DNA from: a virus | Reading direction: 5' to 3' (one strand) | Virus record (IMG/VR): IMGVR_UViG_3300007072_000007 | Location: 1 to 64,000 of that record | Length of the DNA stretch: 64,000 bases | Part shown: positions 19,260 to 29,678 of the stretch, one piece after another | Position numbering within the stretch: position 1 is the first letter of the stretch | Layout: every line of letters starts with the position of its first letter | Position numbers and translations under genes: made by a program | Notes under the pieces: generated by a model | The model's input: only the letters and a program-made list of their open reading frames with translations | The model's database searches: none | What the model was told of the DNA's origin: nothing

Positions 19260-22200
19260 TTGAGCGACTTCGCCGCCAACGCCATCGGGTTCTACCTCGA
19301 AGTCGAGGACCGTCTGACTCCCAAGTTGCGGGCGGCGGCGAGGGAGTACCGCTCCTTCACGAAACTCCTCGACCGGCTGAACACGTCTGCCTTCCGCGCG
19401 GCAAGCAAAGGTCTGGCGCAACTGGCGAAACTGGCGGACTCCTTCGAGAACATGCCCAGGCGGGCCGTCGCCGCCTACCGCGACGTGCGCAAGGCTCTCC
19501 AGAAGGAGATGAAGCCGCTCAAGCAGGAGATCGAGGTGTCGGTCGCCGGGGCCAAAGGCGGGCGGGGGGGTCTTGCCAGAGCGATTTCCGAAGTGCTGGC
19601 GAAAGCGGTCCTGCGGCTCTCCCCAGCCGCGCCGTCCCGAAAGTCGCCCCTGTTCAAGTCCGGCTCCCCGCGACGAGCCTACCGAGGCGAGGTCCAGCCT
19701 CCTGACTACACGGGGCGCATCAGGGGGCTTCCGCGCTTCGCCGAAGGCGGCGTCGTTGGCGGGGCCGACGCGGGGGAGGACAGGATTCTCGCCTACCTGA
19801 CGAAGGGCGAAATGGTCCTGACTGAGAAGATGCAGGAGGGGCTGAAGGCCATTGTCGGCGCAATCGGCAATACGGTGAACCTGCGCGGCTCCGGCGGCGG
19901 TTTCCTCGCAGGCGGCTCCAGCGAGATTGTGCAGGCGATGACGGACTTCGAGAACGTGGTCCGCGCTCTACCGAAGATGGAAAAGGCCGCCGCAGAAATG
20001 CGGATTCCGTTGCAGGACTTCGAGGACTTCGGAGTCGCGGTCGGAGTCGTAGAGCAGGCCGTCAAGACGCTGACGAATCGGATGGTCGTCATGGACACCG
20101 CGAGCCGGAAGAAGATGCTGCCGACGCTCAAGGCGATGACGAAGCAGTTGGACCGCATGAAGGGAGTCATGGAAGGTCGGAAGGGTCTGGAGGCTATTTT
20201 CGCTCGCTTCATGCGGTTGCCGGCCATAGCCGCGGTAGCAAACCTGCTCGGCAAGGCCCAGGAGGGCGTCAGTGCGATCATGGGGGTTGTTACATCGGGG
20301 ATGCAGTTGCCGGGGGCTGAGGAAATCGGCAGTTTCATCGACAACCTGAACCGCCTACCCCGCACAATCAGGATGACCCGCGACGAACTGACCGGGTTGA
20401 AGCAGGCGGGCGCTGCGATGGCGAAGGACTTGGGCGTCCCGCTCGACATCGTGGGTGAGGCGTTCGAGTCGTTGAGCCAGGCGGGCGTCAAGGACGTGGA
20501 ACTGATGAAGCGGCTGGCGGGCGCGGTGTCCCTGCTGACCACCACGACCACCGCCTCCGGCGACGAGGTGGGGAAACTCGCCTACAAACTCGCCGCCGTC
20601 GGGAAACTGACCGAGCAGCAGATCGGCGACTTCTTCGGCATGGTCAGCGCGCTCTCGAAGCACAAGGACTTCTCCGGCGTCATCGACGCGAGCGCGATGA
20701 TTCAGGGGGCGCGGGAGTCGTTCGAGGAGATGGGGGCCGTCATCCAGGATATGACGGCGGACCAGCAGAAGGCCGTCATGGACAACCTCCTGTCGATGGG
20801 CGCGGCCATCTCGACCCAGTTCGCGGGTCAGGGGGACGAGTTTATGAAACTCGTTGCTACGATGGCTTCCGGCACGCAGGAGGGGATGCAGAAGGCGGCG
20901 ACGGTGCTGGGGATGACTTCGCAGGAGGTTGCCGAATCGCTCAAGACCGCAGACGGCACGCGCAGGGTGATGGACGCCCTGCTCGGCAGGCTGGCGAACG
21001 CGACCGACCCGATGCAGATGCGCGCTCTGGCCGAAGCCCTCGGCATCGAAGCGACCAACGAAGCCTTGGGCCGCCTCACGCGAAACGCGCAGAACATCCG
21101 CGATTCTCTGAGCACCGCCGGAGCAGCGGCCTACGGGATGGGAAAGGGTATTCAGGCGATGCAGGCGGACGTGGAGAACGTCCTGACGCCCTTCCAGAAG
21201 TTTATGAACGAGGTGATGAACCGAGCCGCCAACTTTCAGGTGTTTGGCGTCAGCGGCGCGGAAGCCCTCAACTTCCTCAAGGAGTTCAACATCACGGCGG
21301 CCTACTCCTCCGTCATGCTCGTCAAGGAGTTCGGCTCGGCCCTGCTGCAAGTCGGCATGTGGCTGGGGAATCTCGTCGTCAGCGGACTTCGTTGGGTCGG
21401 TGTGATGAAGAAGGTTTCGACCGTAGCCGGGGGTGTCGGCGCACCTGGGGTTGGGGGTGCGGGCGGCGGAATCGCGGGGGCGGTCACGCGGGTCGGCGAC
21501 GTGCTGAAGGGTGCGGTTACGGCTGTGTGGGACGCGCTGAAAACCGTCCTGACCGGCGTGTGGGATTTCGTCGTCAAACTCGCCAAGGGGTTCGGCGAGA
21601 TTCTAGGGTCCATCGGCAAGGGTGTCGGAGAAGCCCTACGCTGGATTCTGACGGGAATCGGGCAAGGGTTGAGCGCGCTTGCTCCGGGCCTCGTCGCTCT
21701 GACCCCGGCGATTCCCGTCATGCTCGTCCTGTCTGTCGCCGTCGTCGCTCTGGGAGCCGCCCTGCGTCTGGCCGCCCCAGCGTTCGAGATGCTCCGCGAC
21801 GTGATTATCTACGCGATGGACAGGGCGATGGAGACATTCTACGCGCTGATAAACCTGGACGTGGGAAAACTGCTCGCCGTCGGTCCAGCCATGATCGCCG
21901 TCGGGCTGGGTTTCTCGGCGCTCGGGTCCGGTATCCTCGTCGGTTCGGTGGCCCTCATGGCCGCCGCGCCGGGCCTGCTGGCGTTCGCCGCCGCGGTGAG
22001 CGCGATGCGCGGCATTTCCGGTTCCCAGTCGGGCGGATTCGGCGACGTGGTGACGCAACTCGCCAGGTCGTTCGACATCGACAGCCGCGTGCTGAAGCGG
22101 GCTACCGTGGCCGCGCTGGCGACGGCTCCGTTCATGGCATCGCTGGTCGTGGCGGGCGGCGCGATCACGGCGGCGGGTGTGCTGGCGACGCTGGCGGAAC

Positions 22201-22985
22201 TCGGAACGAGGATGAGCGAGTTGGTGGGGCTGGGCAACCCGCTGACCAACCTCGCCGCCTACTCCGGCCAGATGGTTTCCGCCGTCGTGTCGGTCGCGCA
22301 GGCGTTTGCGGGCATCGACGCCGCCCTGCTGGCCAGCGCGGTCGTGTCCTTCAGCGCCGTCGTGGACTTCCTGACGAAGTACGCCGAAGTGGCGGAGCGG
22401 TTCGACAGCGTGACCGGCTCGGCTTTATCGCGCGCGGTCGATGCGGTCGGGTCGTGGGTCGGCGGAGACCAGATCAAGGATTGGCTCGCCGGCGCGTTCG
22501 GGCTGTCCGACGCCATCGGTCGCATCGCCTACTCGTTCAGCCAGTTGCGTCTGGAAGGAAACGCTCCGATGCAGCAGGCCCGCGATTTCTTCGAGGGGTA
22601 TATCCGCATGGCGGAGACGGCGCAGACGGCCATGTGGGTCGCCGGGGAGCGCCTCAAGCCCCAGTGGATTGAGGGATTCGTCGCTACGTCGCTCACGCTC
22701 GCGGCCGGACTCGGAAAGGCCGCCGAAGCGTTCGGGGAAACCGCGAAGAACGTCCGGCAGAAACTAGCCGTCCAGCCGATGACATCCGCCGAGATTGCGA
22801 CGCTGGTTTCCGTTCGGATCGAAGGGATGGTCAGTAGCGAGGACGAAGGGACGCACGAGCGTCTGGACCGTCTCATTGAGGTCATGCAGGGGCTTTCGGA
22901 AAAGTCTCCGGTCGCGTCCGCAGCGCGCCGCCCTGCGGTCCCCATTCCCGTCGGGGACGACGTGGCCGGGCTAGCGCGAGGTTGA
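19260..22985 (+). CDS. Tape measure protein
   Basis: 1241 aa, Ala/Gly-rich helical with hydrophobic segments; follows chaperone and tube genes. Confidence 0.88.
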   Translation: MSDFAANAIGFYLEVEDRLTPKLRAAAREYRSFTKLLDRLNTSAFRAASKGLAQLAKLADSFENMPRRAVAAYRDVRKALQKEMKPLKQEIEVSVAGAKGGRGGLARAISEVLAKAVLRLSPAAPSRKSPLFKSGSPRRAYRGEVQPPDYTGRIRGLPRFAEGGVVGGADAGEDRILAYLTKGEMVLTEKMQEGLKAIVGAIGNTVNLRGSGGGFLAGGSSEIVQAMTDFENVVRALPKMEKAAAEMRIPLQDFEDFGVAVGVVEQAVKTLTNRMVVMDTASRKKMLPTLKAMTKQLDRMKGVMEGRKGLEAIFARFMRLPAIAAVANLLGKAQEGVSAIMGVVTSGMQLPGAEEIGSFIDNLNRLPRTIRMTRDELTGLKQAGAAMAKDLGVPLDIVGEAFESLSQAGVKDVELMKRLAGAVSLLTTTTTASGDEVGKLAYKLAAVGKLTEQQIGDFFGMVSALSKHKDFSGVIDASAMIQGARESFEEMGAVIQDMTADQQKAVMDNLLSMGAAISTQFAGQGDEFMKLVATMASGTQEGMQKAATVLGMTSQEVAESLKTADGTRRVMDALLGRLANATDPMQMRALAEALGIEATNEALGRLTRNAQNIRDSLSTAGAAAYGMGKGIQAMQADVENVLTPFQKFMNEVMNRAANFQVFGVSGAEALNFLKEFNITAAYSSVMLVKEFGSALLQVGMWLGNLVVSGLRWVGVMKKVSTVAGGVGAPGVGGAGGGIAGAVTRVGDVLKGAVTAVWDALKTVLTGVWDFVVKLAKGFGEILGSIGKGVGEALRWILTGIGQGLSALAPGLVALTPAIPVMLVLSVAVVALGAALRLAAPAFEMLRDVIIYAMDRAMETFYALINLDVGKLLAVGPAMIAVGLGFSALGSGILVGSVALMAAAPGLLAFAAAVSAMRGISGSQSGGFGDVVTQLARSFDIDSRVLKRATVAALATAPFMASLVVAGGAITAAGVLATLAELGTRMSELVGLGNPLTNLAAYSGQMVSAVVSVAQAFAGIDAALLASAVVSFSAVVDFLTKYAEVAERFDSVTGSALSRAVDAVGSWVGGDQIKDWLAGAFGLSDAIGRIAYSFSQLRLEGNAPMQQARDFFEGYIRMAETAQTAMWVAGERLKPQWIEGFVATSLTLAAGLGKAAEAFGETAKNVRQKLAVQPMTSAEIATLVSVRIEGMVSSEDEGTHERLDRLIEVMQGLSEKSPVASAARRPAVPIPVGDDVAGLARG

Positions 22986-22986
22986 T

Positions 22987-23808
22987 ATGCCTGCCGGAGA
23001 AACGCCGTATCCGAACACCGACTACATGGATGTTCGCATCGTCCTCGACCCGTTCTGGCTGGCGAAAACGTACAGTGCGCACACCTATCAATCGCTCTGG
23101 GAAAACAGGTTCGGGGACGATTTCGGAGTCAGCGGATTCAGCCGGTTTCCGAACTCCATGAACACGTATAACTCATCCGACAACGCCATCCCGGTCGAGT
23201 TCATCGCTACCTACTGCAACATCACGGAAGAAGGGTTCGAGGAGCAGCAGGGCGTCGCGTATTCGCCAACGGATGTGGCGGGTCGGGAGGAGGCGTATCA
23301 GACCTACCAATCCGGCGAGAACCGACAGGTCTCGCTCACGTTCAAGTTTCAGGCGTTGGCGAAAGACCCGCTCGGTCCGCGCGACGAAGAGGCGGCGTCG
23401 CTCGGCGAGGACGTGCAATCGCCGTTTCAAGTCATGTTCTGGGCGCGGTGGCTTGGGCTTCTCAAGGAGAGGGTTTACTACCAGACGGAGGGAACCTATT
23501 TCACGTTCGGTCCCCCGCCTGTGCTGCTGAAAATCGGGTCTCTGCTGGTCATGCGGGCCGTCTGTACGGGGGCTGATATCACATGGCAACCCCCGTTCGA
23601 GTTGCCCTACATGCTTCCGCATGGGGCGGACGTGGCCTGCACGTTCGTTTCCGTGATGGCTCCGCCGCCATACGGAACCCCGGAAGACCCCGATACTTAT
23701 GTGCCGGAGTATCGTCTGCATCCGACGGTAGCGAACCTCCTGCAAGGAGTGCCCCGGTACAACCAGCGCGTGCAGTTCTTCGGCGGATTCGGCTGGAGGA
23801 GCGCGTGA
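22987..23808 (+). CDS. Baseplate/tube-initiator protein
   Basis: 'DVAGREE...Y.SGENRQVSLTFKF', 'PPPVLLKIG'; follows the tape measure gene. Confidence 0.65.
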   Translation: MPAGETPYPNTDYMDVRIVLDPFWLAKTYSAHTYQSLWENRFGDDFGVSGFSRFPNSMNTYNSSDNAIPVEFIATYCNITEEGFEEQQGVAYSPTDVAGREEAYQTYQSGENRQVSLTFKFQALAKDPLGPRDEEAASLGEDVQSPFQVMFWARWLGLLKERVYYQTEGTYFTFGPPPVLLKIGSLLVMRAVCTGADITWQPPFELPYMLPHGADVACTFVSVMAPPPYGTPEDPDTYVPEYRLHPTVANLLQGVPRYNQRVQFFGGFGWRSA

Positions 23809-25175
23809 ACGCCTATCGGACGAGAAGGAAGGACGGGTTTGCGCCTGTCTTCTTCAGCGGTTACATCGCGGGGCCGGACGGGGCGGTGCTGTTTCATCTC
23901 CAGACCGAGCATTTCGTCAGCCTGTCCGTCAGCACGACGGGAAAGTCGGCGTGGACGGGGACGCTCTCGCTGGTGGACCGCTACGGTGTCGGCATGTCCA
24001 GGGCCGTTTACACGCCGGGGCAGTGTACCGTGGTGATGAGATGGAGGTTCGACGATCCGTGGAGCGACGATGATACCGACGCCCTGACCTACAAGGGTCT
24101 CATCGCCAGGCCGTCTCTCAGGTTTACGGCGGAAGGCATCACCGCCGACCTGGAACTGGTCGGTATCGAATCGGTCGATGCCCGTCTTGGCGCGGAGAGC
24201 GTACCCCGCGAGTTCGCGGGCAAGTCCGCCTCGGAAGTGGTCGAGGCCATCTGTACCGCGATGAGTTCGCTGCGCCCCGGAACCTTCTGGCATGAACCCG
24301 TCATTCAGGAGTCGGACGACTACCCGACCGACTGGGTGATTCCGTCAGGGCAGAGCCATTGGGATTTCATCAACTCGACGCTGTTGGAGTCGGCGTGCAA
24401 GGCGATGTTTCCGCCCGGCGAATCCGACCGCTGCGTGGGGTTCGACCCGTTCGTTTGCTACGTGGACCCCCGTCAGAACCGACTGCATTTCCACACCGCG
24501 AAGTATGACCCGGAATCGGGGTCCGATACGAGTTACCGCATGGAAACCGGCGAGTACGTCGTCTATGCCGACGGGGCCGGAGACGTGATTTCTTTCGACC
24601 CCGAAGATGCGGCAGTTCAGGCACTTCTGGCGGGGGGATTGAGTTATCGCGGAACTGGCGTGAACTCCGACGACGGGCGGCCGGTGGATTTGGCGTATTA
24701 CGCTACGGCAGGGGTCGAACGCAACCCCACGACGTTCGACGGGGCTGGAGTGCGCACGTCCCACGAGGAGGCGGTTCACGCCATCGACTACACCAAGCAG
24801 ACCGCAAACGCCAAGCCGGTCGCCGGGCGGACGGAACAGCACGTTCTCGGTGCGGCGCGCGCCGAGGGCGGCGCGGCGACGATGGGGCTGCTGAAGGCCG
24901 ACCTGACGGTGAAGGGAACGCACGACCATTCGTTCTTCGACATCATCTACGTTCGGTACTTCGACCACACGGGAGCAAAGAACTATCTGTCCGGGTTCTA
25001 CTCCATCGTCGGAATCGAGCATGAGGTGAGCGGAAACGGCTGGACGACGAGACTTTCGCTGGTCCGGTCGGGGTTCCGGCGGACGACGGGGGCGACGCAG
25101 CAGGTCGGTTCGACCCCAGGCGGGGCAGGAAGTGCCGAGTTCTACGCTTACGAGCCTGGGGATCAGGAATCCTGA
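23805..25175 (+). CDS. Baseplate hub protein (gp27/gpD-like)
   Basis: GTG after GGAGG; C-terminal 'LSGFYSIVGIEHEVSGNGWTTRLSLVR'. Confidence 0.75.
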   Translation: MNAYRTRRKDGFAPVFFSGYIAGPDGAVLFHLQTEHFVSLSVSTTGKSAWTGTLSLVDRYGVGMSRAVYTPGQCTVVMRWRFDDPWSDDDTDALTYKGLIARPSLRFTAEGITADLELVGIESVDARLGAESVPREFAGKSASEVVEAICTAMSSLRPGTFWHEPVIQESDDYPTDWVIPSGQSHWDFINSTLLESACKAMFPPGESDRCVGFDPFVCYVDPRQNRLHFHTAKYDPESGSDTSYRMETGEYVVYADGAGDVISFDPEDAAVQALLAGGLSYRGTGVNSDDGRPVDLAYYATAGVERNPTTFDGAGVRTSHEEAVHAIDYTKQTANAKPVAGRTEQHVLGAARAEGGAATMGLLKADLTVKGTHDHSFFDIIYVRYFDHTGAKNYLSGFYSIVGIEHEVSGNGWTTRLSLVRSGFRRTTGATQQVGSTPGGAGSAEFYAYEPGDQES

Positions 25176-27079
25176 TGAAGCGATACGACGGCATTTACCG
25201 TGGCATCGTCCTCGGCGTTCACGACGAGGAGGGCCGTGGGCGCGTGCAGGTAGCCGTTTACGGGGTGCATTACCCTGAACTGACGACGTGGGAATGGACC
25301 GCATCGGGGGAGCAGCAGGTGGTCAGGCGGGCTGCGCCGTCGTGGGAACACGCCGAGGTTCAGATTCTCCCGGATTCGAGTACGACCGAATCTCCGTTCG
25401 AGTGCTACCCCTGGGCCGAAGTCATCTCACCGAGTTCGTGTCTCGCCGGTCTCCATGTAACCCTGCGCGAAGGCGACCTCGTGTTCGTCGTGTTCGAGCG
25501 TGGCGATGTCCGCTACCCCCTGGTTCTGGGCGGGTGGATTAGTTGCCGAGGCGGTCTGCGCGACCATCCGCCCGAAGCGGACGGGTTCGAGTCGGAAACC
25601 CAGGGCGGACTCCGGCACACGCTGGAAGCCCCGTCCGGCGCGCTGTTCGACGCATCCGGCGCTAGCGCCGAAGGGGTGGCGCGCGTCGCTGTCCCAGGAA
25701 CCGAGTTCGTCTCGGAAGCCGCTACCGGCAGTATTGACGTGTCCGTGCTGGGGATGTTTCGCGTTCGAGGCGGGGCGGCATCGTTCTTCAACGAGGCGTT
25801 CTTCGTGGCCTCGAAGGACGTGATTCTGGATGCCTGCGACAAAGCCCCTTACGACATCGAGGACCACCGGCCCCTGCTCGGCCTCTATTCGACGTGGGAA
25901 GCCGATTTCTACGCGGCCGACGCCATCCACATCGGGCAAATCCTTCGGCGGAGGTTCGCCGAAATCCCGCCTTCCGATTACGAGCGAAACGATTTCCAGC
26001 AGTCCCGCCTGACGTGGGTTGCGCCGAAACTGCTGGCGTTGGGGTGTGTCAGGGGCGAGTCCGGCGTCCTGGAGTGGTCCACCTTCCCCGAATCGGCGGT
26101 CGATATGCACTCTACGGAGCGCGTCGCGGTGCAGGCGACCGACAGCGTTTCCGTCATCGTGCGCGGCTCGGAGAGCGTCGGGATGAACTACGGCCTGCTG
26201 GGGCTTTACTCCGATTTCTCGGCGGAGATTCACGCGACCCAGCGGGTCTGGCTGGGGCAGTATGTGGACTTGGGCGAGGGGCGAGTCTATCCCGTGCGCC
26301 AAAGCAACGTGGTCTTGGCGAACGGAGCGCGCACGGTGATCGGGGGGTTGAGGGCAGACTGCTTTCAGCACGCGGACTGGCTCAACGGATTCGTGTCTGG
26401 TGCGGACGCATCCGTCTCTCCGCGGGACTACCCCCTCAAGATTCACGCCGACGACAGGGTGGCGGAGTCCGTCAGTACGCCTTACTCCGAGATGTGGGCG
26501 TCTGTCCTCATTCAGATTCGCACCGAAACCGAAGAACCGTCCACCTACGAACAGACGTGCCCTCCCATCACCACGGACGACCTGCGCGGCGGCGACGTTT
26601 TCATCTGGGGTCGGCGGGTCATCGTGCAGGGGACCGAGGATGTTCTTTTCTACCCAGGCGTGCTGACCGTGTGGGATTCGGACAGCGCGGGGGGCCGTGT
26701 GAACGTGCTGAAGTTCACGGACTGGAACGTGGATGTAACCATCAACGAGTGCGTCGCCGAGGTGTCCGTCAGGTCGGCAGTCACCGTGAAAATCACCGGA
26801 AATGCTACAGGGGGAGGAAAGTATTTCGGCCGGGTGTTGACTGGTCCTTCGACGGCTGGGGAGGCGACCGACCTTTCCATGCCGGAAGGTCGCGGCGTTC
26901 CGACGGCGGACAACGCGCTCGTCCTCAATCTCGTCGAGAACGGCAGCGGCGGGCATGAGTTGGCGTCGGGGACGTTTCACATCGGCCTCATCGTCGGGCG
27001 TGTCGTGGACGGGGCATACGACGGCTACTTCATCGTTGAAATCGAAGCCCTGGCTGGCGAAGACTGCTCGGAGGCGTGA
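25175..27079 (+). CDS. Baseplate spike protein (gp5/gpV N-terminal OB fold) with long C-terminus
   Basis: 'YRGIVLGVHDEEGRGRVQV', 'PWA', 'GDLVFVVFERGDVRYPLVLG'. Confidence 0.82.
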   Translation: MKRYDGIYRGIVLGVHDEEGRGRVQVAVYGVHYPELTTWEWTASGEQQVVRRAAPSWEHAEVQILPDSSTTESPFECYPWAEVISPSSCLAGLHVTLREGDLVFVVFERGDVRYPLVLGGWISCRGGLRDHPPEADGFESETQGGLRHTLEAPSGALFDASGASAEGVARVAVPGTEFVSEAATGSIDVSVLGMFRVRGGAASFFNEAFFVASKDVILDACDKAPYDIEDHRPLLGLYSTWEADFYAADAIHIGQILRRRFAEIPPSDYERNDFQQSRLTWVAPKLLALGCVRGESGVLEWSTFPESAVDMHSTERVAVQATDSVSVIVRGSESVGMNYGLLGLYSDFSAEIHATQRVWLGQYVDLGEGRVYPVRQSNVVLANGARTVIGGLRADCFQHADWLNGFVSGADASVSPRDYPLKIHADDRVAESVSTPYSEMWASVLIQIRTETEEPSTYEQTCPPITTDDLRGGDVFIWGRRVIVQGTEDVLFYPGVLTVWDSDSAGGRVNVLKFTDWNVDVTINECVAEVSVRSAVTVKITGNATGGGKYFGRVLTGPSTAGEATDLSMPEGRGVPTADNALVLNLVENGSGGHELASGTFHIGLIVGRVVDGAYDGYFIVEIEALAGEDCSEA

Positions 27080-27765
27080 TGGCTTACCAGCGTCCTCGAA
27101 CTGGCGTTTACAAACGGCTCGCGGGCCGAAAGGCGACGTATCTGCGCCCGCAGGAGGGTGGCCGGTGCTGCTGTGCGTCCGACTGTGATTGCGACCATGC
27201 TACCGTCGAACTGGTCCTCTCCGGCGTTACGGTGTGCGGGTACTGCTCGTCATATACCAGCCATGCCGACCTGAACGACTATTCATTCGAGATATCCTCG
27301 GCCCCGAACGGAACGCTCACGTTGCAGAGGTGCTATGGCGTCTGCGCCTACGCATGGCAGGAGCGGGACGGGATTCCCGACGCAGGAGCGGCAACCTTCT
27401 ACGACTCCACAAACTGCAATGAGAGCGGAGACCTCTATGTGTGTTCGGGGTACAACCGCGCTCTGGTCTGGGAGGTTGCGGCTGGGTTCTACCTGTGCCT
27501 TCTCGTCCTGGTCATCACCGACAAGGGGGGCGCTCCGGCGCGGATGGGAGTTCCTGATTACATCGTCCAAGCCATATCGCAGGTGACGTACACGTCCTGC
27601 ACGGAGGACAGTACGGTGGAGAGCAATACTTATACGTCGAGCGGCGATTGCGGGACTTACCTCGCGGTCGAGCCGCTGGACCCCTGGATTGGCGACGGAG
27701 CGTGCCAGTTCAATAGCGTAGCGATGGTCGGCGGGTGGGGAGGTACGCTTCAGGTGAGGCAGTGA
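27079..27765 (+). CDS. Cys-rich hypothetical protein, tail-tip region
   Basis: 'CCCASDCDC' and many further Cys. Confidence 0.55.
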   Translation: MAYQRPRTGVYKRLAGRKATYLRPQEGGRCCCASDCDCDHATVELVLSGVTVCGYCSSYTSHADLNDYSFEISSAPNGTLTLQRCYGVCAYAWQERDGIPDAGAATFYDSTNCNESGDLYVCSGYNRALVWEVAAGFYLCLLVLVITDKGGAPARMGVPDYIVQAISQVTYTSCTEDSTVESNTYTSSGDCGTYLAVEPLDPWIGDGACQFNSVAMVGGWGGTLQVRQ

Positions 27766-27986
27766 TGGCGTGCTGTCGAAAAGTCATTCATGGCGTGGTC
27801 GGCTTGGCGAAGGCGGCGGCCGGCATCGACCGGACCGACGAACAGACACGAAACGTCAGGCGTGAAACGTGCAAGGCGTGTCCGCACTACCGCCCAGGAC
27901 CGACCGCGCGGTGTGGCGTATGCGGGTGTGTGCTGTGGGCGAAGGTTTCGCTTCAGTCGGAGACGTGCCCGGAAGGAAGGTGGTAG
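27765..27986 (+). CDS. Small Cys-rich protein (DUF6171-like pattern)
   Basis: R...CKACP...CGVCGC.L.AK...CPEGRW. Confidence 0.6.
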   Translation: MACCRKVIHGVVGLAKAAAGIDRTDEQTRNVRRETCKACPHYRPGPTARCGVCGCVLWAKVSLQSETCPEGRW

Positions 27987-27989
27987 TCG

Positions 27990-29018
27990 ATGCCCTCCAA
28001 CAGTTTCGTTCGCAAAGGAGTGCAGGCGCGGTTGACGCGCGCGTACCTCCGGTTGAAGGCGGCTAAATCCCTGCTGGTCGAGGCGGACCGGATGCTCTAT
28101 CAGCGCGCCCAGTTTGTCGCCAAAGGGTCGTCCTTCGCCGGGATGGAATCGCTCTACGCGACTCTGACCCGGACGGCGGCGGACAAGCATACCGTATCGG
28201 TCGAAACGGCCGATGAGCACCACCTGCGCGAACGGAGCCTCTTTTGGGTCGAGGCCGATTCGTCGCCGACGCTGTTCAACGGGAAGTTCACGGTAGCCCG
28301 TCGTTCCGGGAGCACGAACTTCTCCTATCGTTTCACCGTTCCCGCAGGGGACGTGTCCGCATCGGGAACGATTTACAGGCTGAACGTCGATAACGTGTTT
28401 TTCAACGCGCGCTCCTACTTCACCGCGCCGGAGCCGCGATACGACCCGTCGTGGCTCGTTGATTCCGTATCGGGCGTTATGGGTTCTCTGATGCGGTTGG
28501 GGTATCCGACTTCCGATGACGCTCCCCTCTACTCCGAAGGGATACAGGATTTCATCGACACGGCTTCCGACCCGACGCTCCTGAACTGGTGTCGGGGGGC
28601 CGAACTCCTGCCGAGGCTGGCGGAATATCGCCAGCGGCAGGACTACGACGAGCGCCCCGACCGAATCCTGCTTATCGGCGCGATGTCCGTCCTTGCGCGC
28701 CTGTACCGGCTGGGGATGTATCGGGACAGGGTGGAGCACATCTCGACGATGCAGGACAAACTGGACAATGAGGAGACGCCGGAGTTCGACTTCAAGGGCC
28801 TGGCGACTACTCTGACGTTTGACTCAGGCGGCGATTCGTTCCTGTTTCAGACAACCGTCGATGGGGTGCCGACGCCCGGTTCTGGGGTTATTGATTTGCT
28901 CCGCGACGCCGACGTGCGCCTTCGGGAGAACGCGAAGGTCGTCGGTTCTCCCCTGCCCAACACGATTTTCGCGGAACCCGTGCCGGACGAATACAATCCC
29001 CGTCCGACATCGGATTGA
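27990..29018 (+). CDS. Hypothetical protein
   Basis: 342-aa ORF in operon. Confidence 0.6.
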   Translation: MPSNSFVRKGVQARLTRAYLRLKAAKSLLVEADRMLYQRAQFVAKGSSFAGMESLYATLTRTAADKHTVSVETADEHHLRERSLFWVEADSSPTLFNGKFTVARRSGSTNFSYRFTVPAGDVSASGTIYRLNVDNVFFNARSYFTAPEPRYDPSWLVDSVSGVMGSLMRLGYPTSDDAPLYSEGIQDFIDTASDPTLLNWCRGAELLPRLAEYRQRQDYDERPDRILLIGAMSVLARLYRLGMYRDRVEHISTMQDKLDNEETPEFDFKGLATTLTFDSGGDSFLFQTTVDGVPTPGSGVIDLLRDADVRLRENAKVVGSPLPNTIFAEPVPDEYNPRPTSD

Positions 29019-29070
29019 CGCCGATACGTTCAACTAGCGATAATGCGATTGACTACCTAAAGGAGGTTCG

Positions 29071-29643
29071 ATGTTTTCGTTCGCCGAAGCCGCCCCGTCG
29101 TTCTCGTGGACAGAACTCATCACGTCTGTCGTGATGCTCGTCATCACGGCTTTTCTCGTCCCGTTCCTGCGGCGGCGCGCGGCGGCGGCGAAGGCGGAGG
29201 CCGACAAACTCGCTGCCGAGACGACGAATACGGACATCCGCACGATGGAGGTGCTGGTCCACCGGCTCAAGCAATACCTGTGGGGTAGCGCGGAGGCGAT
29301 TGCCGAGCGGGAGTTCCCGAAACTGGCCGCGCGAATCAACAGTGGCGAACTCAAGTCGGTAACTGATGTGAAGGCGGTTCTCCACGGCTGGGGGGCGGTC
29401 CTGAAACAGCAGGCCATCGACTACTTCCAGACGCAGGGCGTGGACCTGATTGCGGCGGTCGGGGACAAGGCTCTCGACAGGCTCATCGAACGAGCCGCCA
29501 ACGCCGTCAGCCCGTTCCCCGGCAAGGATACGGCAGTCGCGCTGCTGCGCGACAACGTAACGGATGCGCTCATCGGGAAGGGCGTGGAATGGGTCCGGCG
29601 ACGCTACCTGTCCGAACCCACCGGCGAGAACGCGCCGACCTAG
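29071..29643 (+). CDS. Holin-like membrane protein
   Basis: RBS AAGGAGG; single N-terminal TM helix followed by RRR; lies after the tail genes. Confidence 0.55.
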   Translation: MFSFAEAAPSFSWTELITSVVMLVITAFLVPFLRRRAAAAKAEADKLAAETTNTDIRTMEVLVHRLKQYLWGSAEAIAEREFPKLAARINSGELKSVTDVKAVLHGWGAVLKQQAIDYFQTQGVDLIAAVGDKALDRLIERAANAVSPFPGKDTAVALLRDNVTDALIGKGVEWVRRRYLSEPTGENAPT

Positions 29644-29650
29644 GTTTGGC

Positions 29651-29667
29651 ATTTACGCAGCGTAAAT
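29651..29667. repeat. Perfect palindrome ATTTACGCAGCGTAAAT
   Basis: Intergenic between the two lysis-type genes. Confidence 0.95.
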
Positions 29668-29678
29668 CGGAGCAGGGT

